From a virus, in IMG/VR virus record IMGVR_UViG_3300017956_000007, positions 1 to 64,000 of that record: a DNA stretch of 64,000 nt. One strand, written 5' to 3'. Position numbers and translations under genes: made by a program. Every line of letters begins with the position of its first letter. Position 1 is the first letter of the stretch. Shown piece by piece: positions 1 to 8,900 of this stretch. The notes below the pieces were generated by a model, which did no database searches, was not told where the DNA came from, and saw only the letters and a program-made list of their open reading frames with translations.

Positions 1-330
1 AACAACTTCCGTATCATCAGATCCTGCACCTGATCCACCGCCACCTCCAAAATCAGGATCTTTAAATATGTTTTTAATTTCTATTTCTTGAATATTTTTT
101 TTATTATTTTTATTTTGTCCAGGTAATATGTATTTTAACGTACCTCCCCAGCCATTATTATTTCTTGAAAAATATTCAATGCCTATAATTTTTGTTCCAT
201 TTTTATTTTCACCTACTATAAATTCTCTATTATCTACAATTTTGTTAAAGATTATTTCTTTTCTTGTCTTGCCGGCATATGGACCTTTACTTGCAGTTTT
301 ATTAAAATCGCCTGATTTTAAGTAAGCCAT
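1..330 (-). CDS. Hypothetical protein, N-terminal part (runs off the window edge), directly downstream of terminase small subunit
   Basis: Not in the ORF track. Manual translation from ATG at 330 gives MAYLKSGDFNKTASKGPYAGKTRKEIIF...IFKDPDFGGGGGSGAGSDDTEVV, open to position 1, starting 3 nt after the gp16 stop. Confidence 0.75.
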   Translation of the reverse strand, partial: MAYLKSGDFNKTASKGPYAGKTRKEIIFNKIVDNREFIVGENKNGTKIIGIEYFSRNNNGWGGTLKYILPGQNKNNKKNIQEIEIKNIFKDPDFGGGGGSGAGSDDTEVV

Positions 331-333
331 TTT

Positions 334-738
334 TTAATCCTTATCTTTTAACATTTTTTGTAATTCTGCGGTGCTCCCAACAAATAATGCATTTGTAACT
401 TTACTAGGTGTATTTTTAACTTCCTGATTAATATCTTTAATTTGTTTATGCACGTTGACTAAATTTTGACTCTGTTCACCAACTGTTTTTATCAATTGAC
501 CCAATACCTCATACATTCTAGCATTACCACTATCTTTTGCTTCCTGCATCAATTCGTTTATAGCATCATGACCTCTTTCTATGATATTATAAAAATTCTC
601 TCTAGCATACTTATAATCCGTATTGACATCATCATCTGTAGATTCAACATTTATTTTTTCAATAGTATTATTAATTAATTTAATATTTGAATCATTAGAA
701 ATGTTCAATAATTCATCTAACTTATCTGGAAAATTCAT
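334..738 (-). CDS. gp16: Terminase small subunit (cyanophage-type gp16)
   Basis: Motifs DYKYARENFYNIIERG, ARMYEVLGQLIK and NALFVGSTAELQKML; lies downstream of gp13-gp14-gp15. Confidence 0.9.
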   Translation of the reverse strand: MNFPDKLDELLNISNDSNIKLINNTIEKINVESTDDDVNTDYKYARENFYNIIERGHDAINELMQEAKDSGNARMYEVLGQLIKTVGEQSQNLVNVHKQIKDINQEVKNTPSKVTNALFVGSTAELQKMLKDKD

Positions 739-740
739 TA

Positions 741-1079
741 TTAGTCCTCATACCAATTTATGCCTTTTGATTTACAGAAATTACCTGCGGTTTTCATTTC
801 TATTCCTAACTTACCATTTCTTAATTTATTCAAAAATTCATCATCTCTTAATTTTTTTCTCATCTGATCTAAAGAACAACCACAATACAATATTGCTTTA
901 TTTCCATTCCATTTTGTATCAGTTTCTTTAAATTTATTTTCATGAACTTTTTTAAGACTTTTTTCACAACTTGACATACCATAATGTACAATAGAGGATT
1001 TCCAAGGTCTATCGCTTTTTTTATAATCACCCATACATCCATAAAGAAAAAATAATATTATTATCACATTTAATTTCAT
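741..1079 (-). CDS. Putative small lipoprotein, Cys-containing
   Basis: MK + hydrophobic stretch + LYGC lipobox-like site; four further Cys (SSC, YCGC, FC); start overlaps the gp15 stop. Confidence 0.5.
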   Translation of the reverse strand: MKLNVIIILFFLYGCMGDYKKSDRPWKSSIVHYGMSSCEKSLKKVHENKFKETDTKWNGNKAILYCGCSLDQMRKKLRDDEFLNKLRNGKLGIEMKTAGNFCKSKGINWYED

Positions 1080-1999
1080 GTTTCATACTCACCTGTTAAA
1101 TTGTTATAATAAGCACTAGGATTAAATATTGTAATGCTTTTTAAATTTTCAGTTTTATCAGCAGTTTCAGATATAGGTGTGATTGAAATTTTACTTATAA
1201 TATTTTTTGACCCAACATTTGAATCACTATTTTCAAATAATAAATGAGTTTCATCTTCTAACAATAATCTGTTGATAGAAAAATTATTTGAATTTTCTAA
1301 ATTTAAAAAAACTAATTCCGAATTATTTAAATTTACTTGATCAATTGGAGTTCTAAAACTGATATCAATTGATTTAATAATTTTATCTGAAGTTCTAATA
1401 TTTGGATATATGAACCCTTTTAAAGTAAAATCTAATGTCCATACTATTGCCCTTCTCTGCAAAAAATCTCCTAGATAATCATCTTCTACAGATGAAGAAT
1501 TTAAAACAATAGGAACATCTAATTTCAATCCCATATCAGTTAAAATATTGACTGATACTGTAAATTCTGGTGTAAAATAAGGTAAAATTTGTTCTAATAT
1601 TTGAGTACCATCTTCTGCATTATCGACAAATACAAACAAACTAAAATCAAAAGTATAAGGATTTGGATTGTACATCGTTTTCAAAGTTCTAGAATTTGAT
1701 ACATAACTTTTATTTACCATTTTGCCGATGGAATTTAATTTCCTCTCCGGATCATAATTAATTGCGGTCATCTCAAATCCAATTCTAGGTAATTTTATAG
1801 AAATTTGTTTGTCTAAATTTGGATCTGCTTCTAATCTAGCTAAAAATTTCTGTTTCGGTCCATAAGCGACCGGAACCTTTATTTTAGATACCACATTATT
1901 ATTTGAATCTTTTTTTTCTATACTAATGTCGTTAAATAAAGTTCCAAATAATGCAACATATTTTCGAATTGTTTGATGGTAGAAAGTTTGTCCTAGCAT
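1076..1999 (-). CDS. gp15: Tail sheath stabiliser / tail terminator
   Basis: FYHQTIRKYVALFGTLFNDI, KVPVAYGPKQKFLARL, LPRIGFE, QILEQILPYFTPEF; neck synteny. Confidence 0.95.
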   Translation of the reverse strand: MLGQTFYHQTIRKYVALFGTLFNDISIEKKDSNNNVVSKIKVPVAYGPKQKFLARLEADPNLDKQISIKLPRIGFEMTAINYDPERKLNSIGKMVNKSYVSNSRTLKTMYNPNPYTFDFSLFVFVDNAEDGTQILEQILPYFTPEFTVSVNILTDMGLKLDVPIVLNSSSVEDDYLGDFLQRRAIVWTLDFTLKGFIYPNIRTSDKIIKSIDISFRTPIDQVNLNNSELVFLNLENSNNFSINRLLLEDETHLLFENSDSNVGSKNIISKISITPISETADKTENLKSITIFNPSAYYNNLTGEYET

Positions 2000-2027
2000 T
2001 TTACTCCACTGATTAATATATTTCTAT

Positions 2028-2035
2028 TATTTAGT
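2028..2035 (-). promoter_or_regulatory. Putative late promoter ACTAAATA for gp15
   Basis: tatttagt on the + strand, about 28 nt upstream of the gp15 ATG; variant of the T4 late consensus TATAAATA. Confidence 0.55.
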
Positions 2036-2037
2036 TT

Positions 2038-2045
2038 TATAAATA
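2038..2045 (+). promoter_or_regulatory. T4-type late promoter TATAAATA
   Basis: Exact consensus 5 nt upstream of the ATG at 2051. Confidence 0.8.
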
Positions 2046-2050
2046 GTTAT

Positions 2051-2404
2051 ATGACAACATCAATAAAAACACAAGGACAAAATTTAGTAATGTATCAAGG
2101 AGCTACATTTGAGCAAACATTTGTCGCAAAAGATAAAAATAGTTTAAACGTATCTTTATCTGCAGGAACTTGCATATCTCAAATGAGAAAAAATTACAGC
2201 ACATCTAATTCTTCTCATATTTTAACATTTTCCACAACAATTAATGACAGTGCTGTGACTATTTCAGCATCTGCTAGTGATACTACAAATATGGAACCTG
2301 GTTTATATTTTTATGATGTTGAATTTAGGCAATCCGATAATGTAACTGTTGAAAAAATTGTAAATGGTATGGTAAATGTTATTGGGGAATCAACAAAAAT
2401 TTAA
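2051..2404 (+). CDS. Small beta-sandwich (Ig-like / BppU-N-like) putative virion protein
   Basis: QGATFEQTF...SQMRKNY...T..MEPGLYFYDVE pattern, common in T4-like aquatic phages; has its own late promoter; stop overlaps the gp14 stop (TTAA). Confidence 0.65.
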   Translation: MTTSIKTQGQNLVMYQGATFEQTFVAKDKNSLNVSLSAGTCISQMRKNYSTSNSSHILTFSTTINDSAVTISASASDTTNMEPGLYFYDVEFRQSDNVTVEKIVNGMVNVIGESTKI

Positions 2405-4917
2405 TAATTTGTTTCACTGAATGGATTTGTTTCTGAAAAATCTATGATAGAATCAGCTTCTTTTTCTATAGTATCATTTGTCGCCAGTTCATCATTAATA
2501 AAATTTTGTTCATCGGTTTGATCATAAACTCTTACAGAATTTCCATCAGAAGTTTTTATGAATTCATTATCATTAAAAGACCCTCCAGAATTGATTATTT
2601 TTATAGTAGTGGAATCTTTAAATGAAACTTCTCCTTTTAGTCCAGAATCATTGCCTATAACTATATCTCCCTTTAATATATTTGTTTTTGGGGCATCAAT
2701 AGTTAATGTTGGGGGCGAAGAATATCCATAACCAGAATTGTCTATATTAATTAGTTTTAAAGATCCATTAGCATACATTTCGGTTGTAAAAGATGCTTTA
2801 TAATCTTGAGCTAATCCAGTCGGATTTGAAATTGTCACGGTTGGATTAGTATAATAAAATTTACCTGAATTTACAATGTTTATTTTATCTACTATACCTC
2901 TACTGCTATTATATGAAGAAGTTGCCGTGGCATTGATATTTTCAAAATCATTATAATTTCCTGTGGGATCTGAAATTGTTATGGTGGGGGCTGAATTATA
3001 AAAATTTCCACCATAGTCAATATTAATTGATTGTAAGATTCCATCAGATATAACAGGAGACATAATTGCTTTAAAATCATTACTCGTTCCTGTCGGAGAA
3101 TCTATTGATATCAATGGAACTGATGAATACATTTCTCCATTTTCCGTCAAAGATATAGAAGTAATGATTCCGTTTTCTACTGTTGCAGTAGCAACTGCCT
3201 CCTTTTTTTCAAAACCTTCATAATTAATTTTGTAAGAATCATCGATATCAATTATATAATCTCTAGAAGTTGTTGGCGTATTTAAAGAATTGAAATTAGT
3301 ACCATTATAATAGATATCATCTACAATGAATCCTTTTGAACCTGAATTTTTTAAAATGATTCCGCCATTTCCTGTAAATGAATTATAATTGGTAAACCAC
3401 TCATCGGTCCATACTCCATTAAAAGGTGCCGTGTAATTTACAACTTCATTCGAATCGATTATTATTTTTAGATAAGTTAAATTAAAACCACTTCTACTTT
3501 TTATGAACTGTAAGAAATGCCAATTTCCATCAAGTATATCTGTTGCAGGACAAGATGGATAATGATATAATTGATTAGCAGAATCATAAGTTGTAAATTT
3601 TATCTCTCCATTTGTGTTCAATATTGATATTACACTTTGAATCTGATTCTCATTTTTAAATTCAAATATTGACACATCTGATATACCTGAATTTGTGTGT
3701 AAATTTTGATCATATTTGAACCAAAATGAAAAATTTCCTCCATAATTAATATTTGAACTATAATCACTTCTAAATTTTCTTAGTATCTGATCATTATTAT
3801 TAGATTTTGAAAATTGATAAGAATAATTACCAAATTTACTATCTGTTGTCCAATTTGATGGAATCTGAATAGTGTCCTGAATTGTCACATTCGGAACATC
3901 TTTATAGTACGTACCAGAATTACCTAGAACAATAGAAGAAATATAATTAGTTCCACTGAAACTATTTGAAGTCATTATGGCAGAAGCAGTTGCAGTAATA
4001 GGATCAGTAGTAGGCGGATTAACAATTATGGTGGGATTATTGTTATAAAAGCTTCCAGGATGCGTAACGCTAACACTTGAAACTGAGTTAGATATTAATG
4101 ATGATGTTGCCGTTGCTGTAATCGGATCCCCTGGACTATCTATTATTATTGTAGGATCCTCCACATAATATGCGCCAAAATTTGTGATAATAAAGCCGGT
4201 CAAACTTCTATTTGAAACTATTGCTGTTGCTGTTGCCGTTGTAGGTGATAAATCAGGATCGGTAATCGTAACGGTTGGATTATAAAAATATCCACTACCA
4301 TAATCTAATATATTAATTTTAGAAATTCTATAGTCTGATATGTCCGCAGAAATTATTGCTGTATTGCCAATTAGATATTTATATTCTGAAACATAGGAAT
4401 ATTTTTCTTCAATTTGATCGATATCATCAATTCCAGTGTCAATAGTTTGATCATCATATTGAAATAACTCACAGGTTAAATCATAGATGGGCAATTTACC
4501 AAATTGATAAAAAATTGATTCATGCTCAACAAATTTTATTTCATACAATTTTTTATTCAATGGAAAAAATATTAAATCCCCTTCTTTAGGACGAACATAA
4601 TCCAGAATTTCTAAATTTTCCCATCTTCTCCTAGCAATTGAAAATGTAACCTGGTCTCTTATTTCCAATCCAAATCTAGAAATAAAATCTCCATCTCCTT
4701 CAAACCCATCTACCGATTTTACATACATCTCTACTAGAAAAGAACTATTAAATTCTGATATTGTATCTTCTAAATATAGTTTATCCAAATTAACCAATGT
4801 TCTCGGTAAATAATATACATCAATTCCAAAATTTTTGATAGATTCAATAATTAAATCTTGATGTAGATTTTGTTCAGGAATATTTTGAAAATGATTGAAA
4901 TATGGATTCGTTGGCAT
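2401..4917 (-). CDS. gp14: Neck protein gp14 with large insertion (8 beta-rich repeats flanking a LamG/ConA-like domain)
   Basis: N-terminal EQNLHQDLIIESIKNFGIDVYYLPR, FISRFGLEIRDQ, RPKEGDLIFFP, FVEHESIFYQFGK; C-terminal IIDFSETNPF. Confidence 0.93.
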   Translation of the reverse strand: MPTNPYFNHFQNIPEQNLHQDLIIESIKNFGIDVYYLPRTLVNLDKLYLEDTISEFNSSFLVEMYVKSVDGFEGDGDFISRFGLEIRDQVTFSIARRRWENLEILDYVRPKEGDLIFFPLNKKLYEIKFVEHESIFYQFGKLPIYDLTCELFQYDDQTIDTGIDDIDQIEEKYSYVSEYKYLIGNTAIISADISDYRISKINILDYGSGYFYNPTVTITDPDLSPTTATATAIVSNRSLTGFIITNFGAYYVEDPTIIIDSPGDPITATATSSLISNSVSSVSVTHPGSFYNNNPTIIVNPPTTDPITATASAIMTSNSFSGTNYISSIVLGNSGTYYKDVPNVTIQDTIQIPSNWTTDSKFGNYSYQFSKSNNNDQILRKFRSDYSSNINYGGNFSFWFKYDQNLHTNSGISDVSIFEFKNENQIQSVISILNTNGEIKFTTYDSANQLYHYPSCPATDILDGNWHFLQFIKSRSGFNLTYLKIIIDSNEVVNYTAPFNGVWTDEWFTNYNSFTGNGGIILKNSGSKGFIVDDIYYNGTNFNSLNTPTTSRDYIIDIDDSYKINYEGFEKKEAVATATVENGIITSISLTENGEMYSSVPLISIDSPTGTSNDFKAIMSPVISDGILQSINIDYGGNFYNSAPTITISDPTGNYNDFENINATATSSYNSSRGIVDKINIVNSGKFYYTNPTVTISNPTGLAQDYKASFTTEMYANGSLKLINIDNSGYGYSSPPTLTIDAPKTNILKGDIVIGNDSGLKGEVSFKDSTTIKIINSGGSFNDNEFIKTSDGNSVRVYDQTDEQNFINDELATNDTIEKEADSIIDFSETNPFSETNY

Positions 4918-5924
4918 TACCCTGGTCCTACCATAAAATCTATTGGTAATTGATATTTAATTTGAACTTGTTCTTCTATTTCTCGTAGTTCATTTACGGC
5001 ATCATCGAATAATTGTCTACCATCGAGCGTTACACCTCCTGGCAATGAAACTCCTTGGTATTTTATTAGATTTGATCCCCATTGTTTTTTAAATAATGCA
5101 GTAACATATCTTTTTAAAAACATATCGTTATAAATTTTACCATATAAAGACGGATCAATAATTCTATATGCTTCTACAACAATATATTCGCCAATATCTA
5201 TATCGGAAACCCAATCCATATCCAAATATAATCTGCTTTGATGTCTATTGAATCTTATAGGTTTTTTACCAACAAAAATATCATTCAATAATTGTATATG
5301 CTGCATTGACATTTGGTAATTTATGATAGAAGTTGCCGTTAAATATGGCAATTCATTTAAATGAAATTGATATCTAAAGGAAAACATATCACTTGTAGTT
5401 TGTCCCCCTCCAGTATCTTGTATGTCAAAAATACTAATAACTCCCGTTATTGAATCGGTCAATGGAATGTATTTGTTATCAACATCTCCAAACACTACTG
5501 GATTATCAATTGCATCGACAATCGCAGAACTTCCAGATTTTTTACCTATGATAGTTTCACCACTTGAGAAACTAGATGACACATTATTATTTGAAATTCC
5601 AGTACTATCTTTGTGATTTTTGAATGTTATGAAACTTGAATTCGAAGTTGTTAATGTGGCAGAAGCATTCGATGTTTGTCCCTCTATAATTTCACCATTT
5701 GAAAAATCACCTATGACAGTATTAACAGAAACCGTTGATCCTGTTATTTGATGACGGTGATATATTTTTTCAATAGAATCAAAGTGATATTCCTGAAAGT
5801 ATTGTAAACCCTCGTCTATTCTGTCCTCAAGTTGATCATCATCAACATTAATTTCTATGACCGGTTTTCCAAGAGTTCTCAGACAATATTGTTTTAATTC
5901 TTCTCTAGATAATGGTTGCGACAT
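4917..5924 (-). CDS. gp13: Neck protein gp13 (head-tail adaptor)
   Basis: LKQYCLRTLGKPVIEINVDDDQLEDRIDEGLQYF, FLKRYVTALFKKQWGSNL, LPGGVTLDG. Confidence 0.95.
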   Translation of the reverse strand: MSQPLSREELKQYCLRTLGKPVIEINVDDDQLEDRIDEGLQYFQEYHFDSIEKIYHRHQITGSTVSVNTVIGDFSNGEIIEGQTSNASATLTTSNSSFITFKNHKDSTGISNNNVSSSFSSGETIIGKKSGSSAIVDAIDNPVVFGDVDNKYIPLTDSITGVISIFDIQDTGGGQTTSDMFSFRYQFHLNELPYLTATSIINYQMSMQHIQLLNDIFVGKKPIRFNRHQSRLYLDMDWVSDIDIGEYIVVEAYRIIDPSLYGKIYNDMFLKRYVTALFKKQWGSNLIKYQGVSLPGGVTLDGRQLFDDAVNELREIEEQVQIKYQLPIDFMVGPG

Positions 5925-5941
5925 TTATTTCCAATTTTAAT

Positions 5942-8900
5942 TTAAGAAATTGTTGGGTTAAATAAATTTAAAATGGTACCGGCACTATTATAAATTGGAA
6001 TTGCACAATCCACTTGATCTCCGGTCGAAGCTTTTGCTGATAATCTAGCTGATATTTTTACATTTTTAGTAAACTCGGACATACCATCAAATTTTGACTT
6101 ATTTGAAGTTACCCATAAACCAGGTGTTTTTACGTTACCCGTTTCATTTATGACACCATTAGTTCTTATAGTTATTTTTTGACAAGTAATATCACCTGCA
6201 TTGGTTATATTTCCATAACTTGAACCATCGTAACCAAGTAAATTCAGTGATGTGCCTCTGATTCCAGCACCAGATATAGAACCCGTAGTACCTGCTGAAA
6301 GACTGGTACCTGTAATTGCTCCTTGTGCGGTTATATAAGAACTAGATGTTATGTACGAACTTGCAACTATCGAAGTTGCATTCACTCCTTGAAAAGTAGA
6401 TGTTCCACCAGTAGCATTAAAATAAGTGCCCTCAACATAACCAGTTGCACTATAATTACCTGCTACGCTTACCGATTGATAAGTCACAGATGCTGCTCTT
6501 ATATCTCCAGTTACAAATATATCTCCCGATACCGTAAGATCTTGAGTGACGGAGGCATTTCCAGATATGTAAACATTACCGTTCTCATTAGTAGGCCACG
6601 AAACTTTTAATGTACCTCCTGCTATTGAAGATTCACTTCTACTATCAACTGTTAATATTCCAGTTGATTTTAAATTCTTCTTTGTCCATAAATCTCCGTT
6701 GGTAGTTATAGCACCTTCTGAATATGTAGTTCCATCAATAGTTGTACTACTTTTAACATGTAAATTACCGTCCTTAACTATTAACCCGTTTTTTACATAT
6801 AATTTATTTTGGATATAATTATTAGCGGTTGTACTTAATACTTCTAGTTTTCCGTTGACAACTTTAACACCTGTAGAATTAGTTGTATTTCCTGTTGTTA
6901 TAACCAATGAATTTGCAGTTATTTCGCCATCAAAAGTTATATTTCCATTTGCTGTAAGTTTATTTCCTTTGAAAGTAGCATCTTTATTAACTGTTAAAGT
7001 GTCTTTCAATAATGTTTGTTTTTCAACAAAAAGTCTATCATGTATGGTTAAATCTTTTGTAATTGTGGTATTTCCGGTAACATACACATTACCCTCATTG
7101 TTGGCTTTAACTACTGTTAATGTACCGCTTCCTAGTTTATTGACATTATCAGTCCCTGTGCCTATAGTTTCAATGTATTTTTGACTATAAAAATGTAAAT
7201 CAGTTGTTATTTGTTTACCGGCACTTATACTTCCTGTTACAGTTAAATCATCATCACCAATAATATCTCCCTGAGATACTCTGAGTGTTCCATTAATTAT
7301 ATCAACATCACCTCGACCAATTGTTAAAGTTCCTGCAATGTAATTATTAACCAGAGGATTATCGACCCATAAATATCCTCTAGGTTCTAATTCCTCATGG
7401 CCTGCATAAGTATGACCAACCGCATTTGGATTTTCTCCTCTTACGATTAAATTACGATTTATAAACAAATCGTCACTACCAATTATGTCACCTTCAGATA
7501 CATTTATATTACCTATTACTGTAGCGTCTTGTTCAACTCTTAAATTCCTAACATTTAAATCAGTATTTTGCATATCGAAATCACCGGAACCCTTGATATT
7601 TCCTGATATAGTCAAATCACCAAATATTTCAGTATTACCTTTATTATTCAATCTGCCTACTATCCAAGTATTACCGTATTTAACTCCAGTATCCGTATAT
7701 TCTCCAGTCACAGTTAATGCAACACTTTCCAAAACATCATCTTTTATATTAACCAAAGAAACAGCATTTTGAGAATATACCAAACCAGAAATATTTACAT
7801 TTGCCGTAACATCTGTATTACTTCCATTAAACTTTACATTACCGCCTACAGTTAAATTTCCTCTGGAAAATGTGTTAGAACTAACACTATCAATATATAA
7901 ATTTGCTCCAAAAAATCTAGTATTTCCGTTAAAATTAGAAGTTCCTTTTACATGCGTATTTGATGTAGATGAGCTTACAATTACATTCTGTCCCGTGTGA
8001 TATAGTTTACCATCGAATGTTACTGTTTTATTAGTAGAATCAAAACGAACATCTCCATCAAAAAAAGAATCTGTTTTTACATGTAAATCTTTATCGACCG
8101 TAAGATGGTCTTTCATCAAAACATTGCTTTTAAAATAAGCAAGAGGATTTACTGTAAAAGGTCCAGTGTAATCAAATAATGCATTGCCACTTACTACAAA
8201 ATCACCATCAAAAGTAACTCCTCCTCTCGCATCTAATGGACCTTGTACGAGTAAAGATGTCTCAAAAGTTGTAGGATGTCCAAATGTAAATTGACCATCC
8301 GCTGGATTAGGCCCAGTATCTGTAAATGTTACACTACCATTTGCCAAAGAAATATCACCATCAATTGTCATATCACCATTTGCCGTAACATGTTTATCAA
8401 TATGAACATTATGTTTAATTAAAACATTATTGGCAACTGTCATTTTTCCTGGAAATAATAAACTATTGTTATATTGATTGAATTCTATACCCCAATATTC
8501 TGGTCTACGATTTTTTGCTTCATTTCCAGGACCTGCATCCCATATAATTTGACCCATTCCTAAATAACTGTATCCTTGTCTTGTTCCTCCTGGATAGGTG
8601 GCATATAATGTTGTACCTGATGTGCTGTCTGTAGCATTTTCTCCGATTCCAAAAATAGCATATCCATCAGTTCCATGTGCATCCATCAAAAATATAGTAG
8701 TATTTCCATTCTGATGAACTACATTTGAATTAATTCTCATCTCATTTCCATTGAAAATCGAATTTGCCTCAACACCTAAAGTTCCTCCCACATGCAATGT
8801 ATGCCATGCTGTACCATCTCCAATTACTTCAATGACTTCGTTGGGTGCCACTGCGGTTGGTTCGTTGGTCTGTCTTTTAATTAGAATGGTTTCACCATCT

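Noticed and set aside
128-931. Plus-strand ORFs 128..325, 466..678 and 623..931
   Set aside because: Antisense shadows of the minus-strand genes; no motifs.
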